Notes: generated from the sequence alone by a model not told the origin. 64,000 bases of DNA from Corallochytrium limacisporum Hawaii (GCA_002811645.1 PDIP01000257.1:1-64000), one strand, 5' to 3'. Counted from the first letter of the stretch, positions 1 to 12,140 are shown. Translations and numbers: made by a program.

Positions 1-1264
1 CTTATATTACGGTGCATGTTTTTAGGCAGATTCCTCCTTAACTTATGGGGCAGAGGTTGGTACACACACACACACAGGGGAGACCCATAATACGGAGCAC
101 GGTGTTTCCTCTCCATGGCCAGCTTGTTTCAGAATTTTTATATAAGCCCCCTTCCCCCAGAGCCCCCTTTCCTTCCCTTGGAGTTAGAAAACAACCACCC
201 TTGGGTAACAAAACAATGGGGAACTTTGTTGAGAAGCAAAAGAGATTTCTAGCGGGGAAGGAGGAGTAAGACAGGGAAGGGAGGGGGGGGGGAGCCCCGG
301 TGGGGAAGGTATCCCGACAACCGTTGCAGAAGAGTAGGCCAGGCAAATACAACAAACAAAGAGACGGCTGGAAATTTGGAGGGAAACGAAAGCGACAGGT
401 CATAGGGGAGGATAAAAAAACAAGGGGGGAGTGGACAACAAAAACAGCAGACGTTTCAAAGCTCTAACGAGATAAAAAATTGCATGGATTTTGTGTGTGT
501 GGGTGATGCGCCTACGGTGTCACTTAGCAGAAATGTGTACACACATACTCACATGCTCTCTTCTCAATGTGAGCAGAGCTGAACTCCCTACGATTTCTTG
601 GCATCCTGCACAGCCAAGACTACCTTTCCCGCTCCAAATGAAAAGTGGCTTATTTTATCCAGCGTCTCAGTATGCCGATGATCCTCCGACGGAAATCGGC
701 AAGTGTCATTCAATCTTTCATCGATGTACTTTCCGACTGGCCGTCGACAGAGCCTCTTCTGTACATACAACAAACGTACCCGACCGGGTCCCCAGACACA
801 CAGGGTGCGACGTCAATCTTGGCTATCTCTATACTGAATGTATGAACATATATGAGCCGAACCTGGTAATCTGTTTATCACCGCTCCTATTATAGTTCAC
901 TTTTTGAATGTGTCATTCGTTTTCCTCGCTATTGTTGATATTTTCTTCGTATGAAGCAATTCAAAAGCTGAGCCAAACAGATGACCCTTTGACGCATCAA
1001 ATAGCACTTACATTCAGTACTGATCTAGCGGCAACCGGGGAGACCAGAGAAGGACTCGTGAACACCAATGACGGTCAACCGTGTGCCTTTTTGCTTTTTT
1101 TTCTTTTACTTTTAATTTGGTTGTTGCCCGTTCAATAGTTTAACGGTCCAAAAATAGAAGAGGGTGCAGGGGCCAAAGCACCGCTGGTGGCTTTTTTGGA
1201 TCTGCCCTGGCCCAGAAGGGATGAACGTACGGCGATGGAAATTCGTGGTTGTTTAGGGGGGGGG

Positions 1265-1612
1265 NNNNNNNNNNNNNNNNNNNNNNNNNNNNNNNNNNNN
1301 NNNNNNNNNNNNNNNNNNNNNNNNNNNNNNNNNNNNNNNNNNNNNNNNNNNNNNNNNNNNNNNNNNNNNNNNNNNNNNNNNNNNNNNNNNNNNNNNNNNN
1401 NNNNNNNNNNNNNNNNNNNNNNNNNNNNNNNNNNNNNNNNNNNNNNNNNNNNNNNNNNNNNNNNNNNNNNNNNNNNNNNNNNNNNNNNNNNNNNNNNNNN
1501 NNNNNNNNNNNNNNNNNNNNNNNNNNNNNNNNNNNNNNNNNNNNNNNNNNNNNNNNNNNNNNNNNNNNNNNNNNNNNNNNNNNNNNNNNNNNNNNNNNNN
1601 NNNNNNNNNNNN
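1265..1612. other. Assembly gap (other gaps: 8663-8737, 11364-11757, 22521-22724, 24072-24185)
   Basis: N runs. All adjoin or lie near G/C homopolymer or low-complexity tracts. Confidence 1.
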
Positions 1613-1854
1613 GGGGAGGGGAGGGTGGTGGGTGGGTGAGCAGACCAGAGGATAGGGACAGAGAAAGGGTGAGGGGACACCACGGTTTCTGGGAAATTAC
1701 TCTTCCATCAGCAGGTCATTCCTCATGTTCCCACTAGCAAAGAATATGCATATCGAATACTATATATACCTCCCAATTCGCGAACTTGAGTGGGAGGAGC
1801 GTCACCCCCCTCCTTCCTCTCTCCCCTCCCCTCCCCCCTGGTTACTTATTTCAT

Positions 1855-1882
1855 CTCTCGCTCTCAATCTCTCTCTCTCTCT

Positions 1883-1923
<41 letters not shown>

Positions 1924-1960
1924 CCTCTCTCTGTGTCTCTCTGTCCCTCTCTCTGTGTCT
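1855..1960. repeat. (CT)n microsatellite
   Basis: Seen directly. Related tracts at 2710-2741, 3037-3053 (GA) and 3225-3256. Confidence 0.9.
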
Positions 1961-2158
1961 CATGTCCCTCCCTCTCCTCAGGTGTCCCTCTCACTCTCCC
2001 AATTGCCCTCTCTCGCGTGTGTCAGTCTTGGGCACCCTCCTTCGTTTCGCCTGACCGAGAGTGTCTCTCCGCTCGTTCTCAATTTCTCGGTAAAACAGAC
2101 ACGTCTCTTGTTTACTTAATTGCCTCCGGGGAACTAGCACACACACGCACCTCCTCTC

Positions 2159-2203
2159 GTGTGTGTATGTGTGTGTGTATGTGTGTGTGTGTATGTGTAT
2201 GTG
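2159..2203. repeat. (TG)n microsatellite
   Basis: Seen directly. Confidence 0.9.
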
Positions 2204-2708
2204 CGTTTTCCTCGGTCTAATCTCTGATCGAGCACAACAATACTGACAGACCTCCCTTCAGTCAGGCAAGATATACCGATAACCAGAAACTTTAAATACA
2301 TTACGTATATCAGGGCCAAGGCATGTCCAGCTAAGACCTATCTTCCAGAATAGGCAGGACCGCTCCCTGTCAGTGGCTTTGTCAGTGTCCACCATCGCTC
2401 GCTTATCGCACCGACCCAAGGTCGTCGCGTCCGCCCCAGAGTTTCGCTGAACCACTGGACCGTTTCCTATAGCTCTCTCCAATGCACACGGAAGGAAATT
2501 CCATATTTAATAAATATCTATAATATTCGCGTCGCTGATATGTGCCGCTCTTACCGGTGGAGTCGTCACCAACGCGAGCCTCCGTTGCAAAGAAAAGAGA
2601 GCCTTCGGGAATGTGTGTGCTGGATGTTTTCTTTCTATATATTTTCTATTAGTTGGCACCATCCCCTCCCCTTTCATCTCCTCTCCCACTGTTCCTTCCC
2701 TTCTTCTC

Positions 2709-2743
<35 letters not shown>

Positions 2744-4199
2744 CATTCTCTCTGTTGCTTTTTGGTCTTTTTTCATCCCTGTCCCTGACTACCACTTTCC
2801 GAACAAATGTTCCGAATGGTAGCAAAGAAGCAATTAATTATGTATTGATATATGTGAATCATCTCGCGGAGGGACCTATGGGTTGCGGATGGCGCGCGCT
2901 CCATCGGCAGAGGGCTCCGGGGAGAAAGCGCAAAGAGAGAGAGAGAGGGGGGGCGCTGTCGGTGCGTTTCGTGGGGCAGCGAAAGGGGAAAAGCACGCCG
3001 AGGGGGGGGGAGGGGGAGAGGAGAAGTGAGGCGACGAGGAGAGAGAGAGAGAGATAGGGGCCGGAAAGGCACAAGCTCACCGGTCGCGAAACTGCTATCG
3101 TATATTTAATATGAAAAATGAATAAAGATAAGCATGGGGAGGTATCTCTCTTAGTCACGAACCAGTCCCCTTCCATCAGTTTCGGCGGAGTGCGCTCTGG
3201 CAGTCGACACCAAATTCTCTCCAACTCTCTCTCTCTCTCTCCCTCTCTCTCTCTTTCTGTGCTGTTGCGCTCTGCGCTCCCTGTCGCGCTCTCTCTCTCT
3301 GTGTCCCCTCGGTCCTGTGCGTGTACCGTCCATATGTTTAGTACTGAAAACGACTCTTCTCTTGCTTATCGCGTCTCCTGTGCGGCGCTTGTTCCCCCCT
3401 CTCCCGTCGGTTGTTTGCCGGAAGGTCCAACCGCGAAGCCTTCCCCCCCCTCTCCCTCCCTTCCTTCAAGCGGCCCGGCGCGGGCCTAGTCTCACTTTTC
3501 CTCTATCTACCCCACTCCTCCCTTTGACGTACACGTCACCATTCACTATAGAAACTCTACCATTGATTTTTCCGTCTGTGAGCGAGCACGCCCGCTAAGC
3601 CCCGGTCGATCCAAACCGACTTCCCCTGCTGCTTTAGGTAGCGGAACGGAATGACCAGTGGTGGCGGTGTCCTAAGACTCCTTTGGTCTGTGCTGGAGGC
3701 AAAGATCCAAGACCTGGAATACGGACACATTTCTTTTGTCTAGATGCAACGTTTCAGGCATGCATTGATGACGAAGAAACAAAATGATTGCTTGTCGTAG
3801 ATGCCGGTTTTATTTGTAACATAATATCTGGGACAACGGTGTGTCTCGTGGGCCCAGGAATGATCGTATCTATTATCCGAGCAGCAGCAAAAGGTAGCAA
3901 GGTACATCAAAGGTGCAAGGTACTGATGATAATCCTTCTTCTCTAGTTGTTTTCAAACAGAATACGACAGAATACTCAAGGCTCGGTGGTGGTTTATCTA
4001 AAGTGAAAGCCCCTGGGTCTGAATCTCGCACCAGGAAACCTTGCCCGGGTACATGCAGGCATGTTAACGGCTTGCTAAGCACAGGAATACTAGTCTGGGA
4101 AGCAAGTGCAAAGCCCAAACAAACTACAAGAATACCACTGGTCGTATGGTATCACTCCATTCATAACTTAACGCACACAAAACACAGAGGAACAGAAAA

Positions 4200-5972
4200 A
4201 TGGTTGTCAATTTCACAGTAATCGATCGGGTGTCACCAGAGGCTGACAATGTGTCAAAGCCGAACAAAGGACACATTATACAGGCAACCTATGCACAACA
4301 GAAGGAGCCCGTTGATGAACGGGCTGATCAAAAATTAGCTCGCCAGGTGTCTAGTGTCCAGTTGGGACGGTCGTCCCGTAGTTCAGATGGTACTATTACG
4401 CCGCCTTCTCCAGGATCCGGCAAGCGGCGATCAAATCGCGGACCGGTGTTTCTTTTCTCTGAGCAAGCACCGCACCATTCTAGTCACGTTGTTCTGGACC
4501 ATGAATTGGAAACAGGAAACTTCAAGATGGAAGGACGCGACGCTGTCAACGTGGATATCGACGAATGCAACGATGACTTTGACTCTTCTAAGCATCATGT
4601 CACTCGCCTGCCCGCCGGCGGCCTACCACGCAATCTCTTCGGTGGTCTCAGCGACCTCGACGCTATCAGTGATGACGAAGACGAGAACACTGCCCTAGAA
4701 AAGGAGGCCGAGACTGGCGTCAGCATAGAAACACAGCCCGCGGCAAAGTCTGCGCCAGAGCTTGAAAACCTGGCCATTAGTCCGCGCTCCAACAAGCGGA
4801 GACAGAACAAGAAGAATGCTAGGCCTGTAGTCAGGTCAGCTGCAGAGCAGCAATCCAAGCGCAAGACCAGTACTGGCTCAATCTTTAGCAAAATGACCCA
4901 TTCGCTACTCTCCCTGCGGCGAGCCCAGAAAGATAAGGGACCGAGCAATCTGCAGATTGCCAGTGGTCTGAAAGTGCAGTCGCTCACCGACTTCTGCAAT
5001 AACTACGAGGTGAAGCACAGTCTGGGCCACGGTGGATGCGGTCACGTCGACATGGCCGTTGATCTGCGCACCGGCGAGGAGGTCGCCATCAAGACCATCG
5101 AAAAGGCTAAGAATAAGACCTGGAGCGATGATTTTGAACTGGGACACATTCCCCGCGAAATTTACATGCTCAAGCGTCTTCACCACAACGGAATCATCAA
5201 GATTCTCGGTGTCTACGAACGTGTGGACGCCTACATGATGGTCATGGAATTATTGCCCGACTCTGTCGATCTATTTGACTACATCGAAGCCCACATTGAC
5301 ATGGGCGAGGACATGACCCGCAAGATCTTCCGCAACATTGCAGAGGCCATTCAGCACTGCCATGAAAATGGCATCTGCCACCGCGATATTAAGGACCCCA
5401 ATGTCATCATCAATACCAAGACACTGGAAACGAAACTTGTGGATTTTGGCAGTAGTGACTTGTACAAAGAGAAAGGATTCAACTCTTTCAGCGGCACCCG
5501 CGAGTATGCAGCTCCGGAACTGCTGCTTGGTATGCGTCACGACGGCTACAAGGCTGAAATCTTTAGCCTCGGAGTCTTGCTTTACACCATATGCTTCGGC
5601 GTCAACCCCTTCCAAGAACCGCAGGACACCATTAAGGGCATCTTCACCGTCCCACACAACGTGAGCCTGGAGCTCCGTCACTTGCTGCACTGGATGATGG
5701 ATATCCAGCCCGAAATGCGCCCCACAATGAGCCAGGTGCTCAACCATAAGTGGATGGCCATGGGCAATGATCCGGAGGAGACCATGCGCGCCGCCTCCGA
5801 TGCCAACCAAACCTCCCCTAAATCGCACGCAATCCCTAAAAAGATGACGACTGGCAAGAGCCCGCGTGAGGCTCTGGGTCTTCGCGATCACGAGGTGGAG
5901 TACAGCAATCCCATCACTCCACGGGACCACAGCAGCACCCGCCACACCCCCGGCACAAACAGCATTGTCTGA
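4200..5972 (+). CDS. Ser/Thr protein kinase, PASK/PIM-like (CAMK group), no PAS domains evident
   Basis: 590-aa ORF with GHGGCG Gly-loop, VAIK, HRDIKDPN, DFG, GTREYAAPE. DLFDYI and HRDIKD are typical of PASK/PIM. The N-terminal ~260 aa are low-complexity. Confidence 0.85.
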   Translation: MVVNFTVIDRVSPEADNVSKPNKGHIIQATYAQQKEPVDERADQKLARQVSSVQLGRSSRSSDGTITPPSPGSGKRRSNRGPVFLFSEQAPHHSSHVVLDHELETGNFKMEGRDAVNVDIDECNDDFDSSKHHVTRLPAGGLPRNLFGGLSDLDAISDDEDENTALEKEAETGVSIETQPAAKSAPELENLAISPRSNKRRQNKKNARPVVRSAAEQQSKRKTSTGSIFSKMTHSLLSLRRAQKDKGPSNLQIASGLKVQSLTDFCNNYEVKHSLGHGGCGHVDMAVDLRTGEEVAIKTIEKAKNKTWSDDFELGHIPREIYMLKRLHHNGIIKILGVYERVDAYMMVMELLPDSVDLFDYIEAHIDMGEDMTRKIFRNIAEAIQHCHENGICHRDIKDPNVIINTKTLETKLVDFGSSDLYKEKGFNSFSGTREYAAPELLLGMRHDGYKAEIFSLGVLLYTICFGVNPFQEPQDTIKGIFTVPHNVSLELRHLLHWMMDIQPEMRPTMSQVLNHKWMAMGNDPEETMRAASDANQTSPKSHAIPKKMTTGKSPREALGLRDHEVEYSNPITPRDHSSTRHTPGTNSIV

Positions 5973-6246
5973 ACCGTATGAAAAATTGAGAAGGAAAACG
6001 AGAAAGAAAGAAAAAAAGACAAAGAAAATATATAGAATAGCTGTGCGCATTGTCAATGGCAGGTCCACAACAGACCACCAGTGACTCTGCTCGCTCGGGC
6101 CCGGATTTAGTGGCCCGGGTATCAAAAACAAAACACAAAGCTCCTTTGGTCTTTTCAGCTTGTTGCATTTCAACTGGTACGTTAAAGCTGTTTACTGTTC
6201 TCGTTTATCTTTTCCCTAAGTTTTTTCCTTTGTCTTCCATCACAAA

Positions 6247-8082
6247 TCAACCACTCCTGGTCTTGCGCTTCTTCGACCGCGTCACAGGCTCGTCGACTTC
6301 ACCGACTGGTATATCCGATGGCTCTGCAGTGCCGTTCTTCGTTTCCTCTCCAGCCTCAGCCTCGCCCTCTGCCTCAGCCTTCACTTCAGCTCCTCCGCCG
6401 GCGACGTCTGCCGTGGATGCAGGTGTGACGTCGTCGTCCTGTCCGATGAGCTCCTCAAAGGTTTTCTCCACCGGCGTCTCCGGCAACGGAGTCGCTTCTT
6501 CGGAAGTTCTACCGGGGGTCTTGCTCGCGAGCTGCCGCAGCCGTGCAAAATGCGATGAGGAGGAATCTTCTTTGATGCCACCTTCACCAGTCGGTGTCGC
6601 ACCATCGACGGCAGCACTGCTGCCGTCATGTGCATCCCCAGCGGCATTGGTGCCGGACTTGGCGCCAGCCTTGCCGGACTTGGCGAGCTCACGCTCCCGC
6701 AGTGCCTCGGCTTCGCGCAATGCGTCAAACATGTCCTGGTTAGCTTCATCGTCGTGGGTGTCCCGGTCAATCAACTGCGACACGGTACCCTTTCCGTCGC
6801 TCAAGCTCTGGATCCACGCGGTCATGGCTTCTCGGCCTGCGGCCATCTTCTTCTTGTCCTTGTTCTCCCCTTCAAGCCAGAAATAATTGATAGGGAACCA
6901 ATGACGCCAGGATCGGTACCACCGGAGTCCTTCCTTGTCAAAGTCCACCTTGCGTTGCCAGTCTCCCCACGCACTCGCGCCCATGAAGTTGTTCCGATTA
7001 ATCTGCATAAGGTCAAACATGTTGAGATCAAAATGTTTGTAGGCCATGTAGTACTCGTGTGTGAGCGTGGTCCCGAACAGGCCAGGATCGTCTGTGCAGA
7101 GCATGACCTCTGTGGTTGTGATGTCCGGGTAGATCTTGCCAAAATGGCTATCTTCGTAACTCTTGCAAGTACCCGTGCGCAAGTTGGACGTCATGCAGAC
7201 TTCCAGAGCGCAGTTAATGTTGAACAAGTCGTGGATGGTGTCTTCGTCCAGGAACGTGCCGTGACCCCAACGCACTGGACCGAGCGAAAAAAGCTCCTGT
7301 ACCTCGCGCTTGAAATCAAAGCTATCCTCAATGTACACTTCGGCTCCATGCACAACGAGATTGACCCCGACTTTCTCTCGCGCGGTCAGCATAAAGTCTG
7401 TAAAGTCCCTGACCCGACCTTTGTATGGATTACCGCTGAAGTCCAGCCCAACCAACAAATCGCCATACTTGCGCTTCGCGTCCATAATCACAGGTAGATT
7501 CGCCTGCGCATCCGACAGCGGCAGTCCCCGGTCGACCGAGAAGACCAAACGGTTATCAATGAACAGCGGACGCCAGTTCGAGTAACGGTGAATGTTCAGC
7601 TGCTCCGTACGCGACATGACCGCCGCACACACTGCGTCCATGTGCTCTGAGCGGCCCCGGTGAGAGTCATTACGCCCATCCTTGCCCTTAAAATGGCGGA
7701 GAGTGGTGCGGAACTCTGCGTGGACCACATTGTCGTGCGCTGCCCAATCTAGGGCATGATTTGTGGCCTCGGCAGCTGAGTCCGGACAGCAAATGATGCC
7801 GTGGATGGCCTTGAACATGTCAAACGTTGTATTCATGTCGCCAATATCGCCAATGCTCAAGGTAGAGGGGTACCAGGGGTCATCTGGCAAGTACTGTAAA
7901 TACTCATCACGACCGTAGCGCTTGGCAATGTCCCGAAGTGCGCTGATATTGACCGATCCGTTAAGGTGCGCGTGCATCTCGCCTTTGAACAGGGAGCCCA
8001 GAGCACGCACCACTACATCCTCCTCTTTGCTAGGTGCGTGTCGGAGACCGAGGTCTCTATGGGGTGTCTTGGTCATCGTCAT
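6247..8082 (-). CDS. ADAL: Adenosine deaminase-like protein (ADAL/MAPDA, N6-methyl-AMP deaminase family) with acidic C-terminal extension
   Basis: EMHAHLNGS (ADAL-type), EFRTT, GLDFSGNP, HGAE, RWGHGTFL, EVCMTSN and CTDDPGLF motifs. Confidence 0.85.
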   Translation of the reverse strand: MTMTKTPHRDLGLRHAPSKEEDVVVRALGSLFKGEMHAHLNGSVNISALRDIAKRYGRDEYLQYLPDDPWYPSTLSIGDIGDMNTTFDMFKAIHGIICCPDSAAEATNHALDWAAHDNVVHAEFRTTLRHFKGKDGRNDSHRGRSEHMDAVCAAVMSRTEQLNIHRYSNWRPLFIDNRLVFSVDRGLPLSDAQANLPVIMDAKRKYGDLLVGLDFSGNPYKGRVRDFTDFMLTAREKVGVNLVVHGAEVYIEDSFDFKREVQELFSLGPVRWGHGTFLDEDTIHDLFNINCALEVCMTSNLRTGTCKSYEDSHFGKIYPDITTTEVMLCTDDPGLFGTTLTHEYYMAYKHFDLNMFDLMQINRNNFMGASAWGDWQRKVDFDKEGLRWYRSWRHWFPINYFWLEGENKDKKKMAAGREAMTAWIQSLSDGKGTVSQLIDRDTHDDEANQDMFDALREAEALRERELAKSGKAGAKSGTNAAGDAHDGSSAAVDGATPTGEGGIKEDSSSSHFARLRQLASKTPGRTSEEATPLPETPVEKTFEELIGQDDDVTPASTADVAGGGAEVKAEAEGEAEAGEETKNGTAEPSDIPVGEVDEPVTRSKKRKTRSG

Positions 8083-8347
8083 AGTGTGTGTGTTTTTTGT
8101 GTTGCTAGTAGTGACTAGGCCTGTTCGATCACCCGATGTGTCCTAAATTAAGTTTATGAATATGTGGCGTACGCCATGACCACAAAACTCCGTCCCTACT
8201 TCTTTCTCATCCTCTGTATTACAGTCTTCGCGCTCTCATTCCACTTTCGCAAAACGATAACTTCATTAATCATCACAGCCATAGATATCTCCCTTGATCC
8301 ACACCCCCTATCACCTTCCAAATACCTACGACGCAAACCAAAGCCCC

Positions 8348-8351
<4 letters not shown>

Positions 8352-8393
<42 letters not shown>

Positions 8394-8400
8394 CTCCTCC
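8352..8400. repeat. (CT)n/(CCT)n microsatellite upstream of ADAL
   Basis: Seen directly. Confidence 0.9.
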
Positions 8401-9231
8401 AAGCCCCCGGCGGGGGTCGGGAAAGAGGGGTCGGGCCGGGGCGGCCAGGCGCAGACTCGCCAGCTCTCTTTTTTTTTTTACTTTTCTTGCTTATGTTTTT
8501 CTCTTGGAAGGGTTTTCTTTTTTTTTCTTTTTTCTTATATTTTGTGGTTATGGTGCACTGCTTGCCACTTTGGGTGCCTCCGTGCCAGTGTGTGTTATCA
8601 CTTTTTTTCAGGCCCCTCCCCTCCTCCTGCATCCCTCACCCCTCTCTCTCTCTTCCCCCCCCNNNNNNNNNNNNNNNNNNNNNNNNNNNNNNNNNNNNNN
8701 NNNNNNNNNNNNNNNNNNNNNNNNNNNNNNNNNNNNNGGGCATTCTTGGAAGATAGAAAGTAGATACTACCACCGCTGAGTGCCCCCCCCCCCTCACTCG
8801 TTTTCGCGCGCCGTCTGACTGTCCTGTGTGCCACTATTATCAAGTAGACGTGTCACAGTGTCTTTTTTCCTCAATGTTTTATATAATATTTGCTCCTTCT
8901 GTCCATAGGGATTAGGAGAACGAGGAAGGGAGTCTGGGATTATGTGTCAAGCTTCCTCTCTCTCTCTCTCCCCACACCCTTGGGCCGGACACCTTTGCGG
9001 CTGAGGGTTGGGGGGGGGGGGGGGGGGGAGGGGGTGAGGGGCTGTGCAGTACATTGGGTACCGGCTCACTCACCCACTCAAGACCTGCACCTGAGGCTGG
9101 GGCATTGCGCAATAGTGAATCTACGGTGGTGAAAGTTGGTTGTATTTGAGTTCTTTTTTGCTATGTGTGAGTTGGTGAAGGTACCGGTAGCCATTGTGAG
9201 TGTGAAGCAATCGGGTGCTGTAGCCAACCCA

Positions 9232-11139
9232 CTAGGAGGCCAACAGCACATCCTCCAAGGCCTCAATCTCGACCAGGAGGTCGCTGATCTTCTTGATAGT
9301 CTCAATCTTGGCCTCAGCGTTTTCGCCAGTGCCAGCGATCTGTTTCTTCAGCATCATGAAGATTGCACACTGCTTCTCAAAGGCCTGCTGCAGGATCACG
9401 CCTGCCTTGGCCTCTGCGTCCGATGCTGTAGTCTCGATGCGGTTGTAGTCATCAGTAAGAATCTTTTCCACCTGCGCAAGCTCGGAGTCGGTTATAATGG
9501 TCTTTCCCGCAGCTGCGTCAGCATTGGCCGCGGCCTTCTTGACACTCTCTGCCACTGCAGACAAGAAATCACGACGCCGTCCCTGAAGCTCGTAGAGTTC
9601 CTCGAGCCGCTCCTCCAGCAAATCCTTCAACTCAGCTCGGTCATCGGAGCTCAGGTTCGCTTCGATCGCCGTAGCCATGTGGATCATGACAATTACGCCT
9701 ACGAGACCGGCAAAAGTGACAATCATACCCATAATTGGCTCCCGAGCCAAGCTGCTGAGCTCAAAAGTGTACTCTACGACAATCTCCGTCTGATCCTCCA
9801 TAAGGACCATCTTGCGCTCGAGGTGGAGAGTGGGGCGCCCGTCAATATCCATGACGTGGTGGGTGAGTCCTTCGCTCAGAGCTGTCTGCTTATCCAGACC
9901 AGACAACACAATGTTGGTTGCCGTTTCGGGCAGAACAATGTCGAAGCTCAGGTCCTCGATGACGGCGCCCTGCCTCAGATTTGGCAGCAACGGGATGGTC
10001 AGACGGTACTTGGACTGGCCATCCCACTGCAGCACGTTTCTAGCTTCCATATCGTAGGCCAGCGTGTAACTCGTGCGCCAGCCCCCAACCAAGGGGAAAC
10101 GATACTGCAACCAGAGTTCACGCTCCTTGTCAGGGTCTCCGTGCGTCTGCTGCCCCTTCTGCGCCTCCTGCATTGAATGGATGTAGCCCAGGTCATCAAA
10201 GTAGCGCAAGTTGTGCGTGTCCTTGGGAATGACAATCGCATTGCCATGTATGGCCGCCTTTATCACGTTCCTAACGTCGTGCATCTTATATCGGTTCACT
10301 GGGCCGGTGTGTTTAGCGCCGACGTGTGTGATATCGAACCGATTCTCGACCTGGGCGTTGCCCCAGTGGCTGATTTGAATCGAACGCTTCAGCTCATTCA
10401 CATGCCAGAACCGGAGAGTGTTTGCCTTAAAATGGACCATGACTCGCTGCGCTGTGTTCAACACTGAGCTGCTAACGAGTTCTTTGTACTTTACAACCTG
10501 CTGCCCATGGGTCGTCAGTTCCTCCGACTGCTCCATCTGCGTCCGGCGTATAATCTTAGACTGATCGGGCAGGATAAGGGAAGATTGGGAGTGACCAAAC
10601 GTGTATGGTACGATTGGGAACATGTAGCTCTCAAACACAACCAGCTGATCACTATCTTGAGTGATTTGGGGTGGCTCAAAGACCATCATATTGACAAGAT
10701 TGGACTGGACCCACAGCACGTCACCGGGGCCGGCTTTGGCAATGGGAGTCGTGTCCACGGAGCAGAATATCAATTGCTTAGCCACCAACAGTGCATGCTC
10801 ATCACCATTGAGCAGACTCACAATCTCCGTGTCCCTATCAGTACCAGCTTCATCGTTACATTTGACTTCTAGGTTTGTATGGACATCGGAATTAAACCAA
10901 GAGGCCTCGATCCTGGCCACATGAGCGGCGTCACTAGAAAATCCGAGGGCAAAGTAGAATCGATCCGGCACGGCGGAGCCATCCTTAACGTGGTACCCGT
11001 CGTTGACTACAGCGTACTGCAGGGAGAGATCCACAACCCTTTCCCCAGACTCAATGTCCCAAGCCGCTGTGGCCGAAGCTGATCCGGCGACTGCTGCCAG
11101 TAGGCTGACCAACCACGTCTTCACTGTCAGGCTCGCCAT
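9232..11139 (-). CDS. RPN1: Oligosaccharyltransferase subunit ribophorin I (OST1/RPN1)
   Basis: Signal peptide, ISHWGN, RYFDDLG, RFPLVGGWRTSYTLAY, ILPE and GRP motifs, one TM after REP, helical cytosolic tail. Confidence 0.92.
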   Translation of the reverse strand: MASLTVKTWLVSLLAAVAGSASATAAWDIESGERVVDLSLQYAVVNDGYHVKDGSAVPDRFYFALGFSSDAAHVARIEASWFNSDVHTNLEVKCNDEAGTDRDTEIVSLLNGDEHALLVAKQLIFCSVDTTPIAKAGPGDVLWVQSNLVNMMVFEPPQITQDSDQLVVFESYMFPIVPYTFGHSQSSLILPDQSKIIRRTQMEQSEELTTHGQQVVKYKELVSSSVLNTAQRVMVHFKANTLRFWHVNELKRSIQISHWGNAQVENRFDITHVGAKHTGPVNRYKMHDVRNVIKAAIHGNAIVIPKDTHNLRYFDDLGYIHSMQEAQKGQQTHGDPDKERELWLQYRFPLVGGWRTSYTLAYDMEARNVLQWDGQSKYRLTIPLLPNLRQGAVIEDLSFDIVLPETATNIVLSGLDKQTALSEGLTHHVMDIDGRPTLHLERKMVLMEDQTEIVVEYTFELSSLAREPIMGMIVTFAGLVGVIVMIHMATAIEANLSSDDRAELKDLLEERLEELYELQGRRRDFLSAVAESVKKAAANADAAAGKTIITDSELAQVEKILTDDYNRIETTASDAEAKAGVILQQAFEKQCAIFMMLKKQIAGTGENAEAKIETIKKISDLLVEIEALEDVLLAS

Positions 11140-12140
11140 GTTTGTTCTTCGTTACTAACTGATGAACCAACTATCTACTGACATCTGCAAAACCTACCGC
11201 ATTATTCAGTCGGATTGAGCTTTTGTCCGTTCATCTGCGCCAATGAGCGACGCGTTCTTCCATCCTCAAAATCCATCCAATGCGACATCTAAAGTACCAT
11301 TCCTTTGCCGGGCATCAAACAGATGCACCGGTTTTCATCAATAGTAGACATTGACTAAAGAACNNNNNNNNNNNNNNNNNNNNNNNNNNNNNNNNNNNNN
11401 NNNNNNNNNNNNNNNNNNNNNNNNNNNNNNNNNNNNNNNNNNNNNNNNNNNNNNNNNNNNNNNNNNNNNNNNNNNNNNNNNNNNNNNNNNNNNNNNNNNN
11501 NNNNNNNNNNNNNNNNNNNNNNNNNNNNNNNNNNNNNNNNNNNNNNNNNNNNNNNNNNNNNNNNNNNNNNNNNNNNNNNNNNNNNNNNNNNNNNNNNNNN
11601 NNNNNNNNNNNNNNNNNNNNNNNNNNNNNNNNNNNNNNNNNNNNNNNNNNNNNNNNNNNNNNNNNNNNNNNNNNNNNNNNNNNNNNNNNNNNNNNNNNNN
11701 NNNNNNNNNNNNNNNNNNNNNNNNNNNNNNNNNNNNNNNNNNNNNNNNNNNNNNNNNAAAAACCCAAACACAAACCCCCCCCCCCCCCCCCCCCCCCCCC
11801 GGGGGGGGGGGGGGGGGGGTGGGGGTTTTCGCCATTATATTTTATATACGGACATGAAACGCGAAGTTCGGGACAACCGGGCACTGCGATACGATGGCAA
11901 TGCAGCAGGGCGCAAACCGTTCTTCTCGAGATGACCAAGACGCAGGGAGGCGATCTGATTTCCGTTTGCCTCTGCATAAAGTAATCACAGTCAGTGTGTT
12001 TGTTGAAGCAGAGGGTGCGCTTGGCTTGGATCATAGAGGTATGTATAGCAATGAAGTGCCTCGTATGCGCCCTCTCTTTCCAGGAGTATCATGCCGAGTG
12101 TGTCCTTAGCAGCTAGGTATATGTGCACCGAACGATGTAG

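Noticed and set aside
9136-10176. Long antisense ORFs (also 5271-6173, 6050-6886, 6628-7497, 13455-14372, 14406-15416, 34796-35383)
   Set aside because: Shadow frames opposite real, codon-biased genes, with no recognisable motifs.
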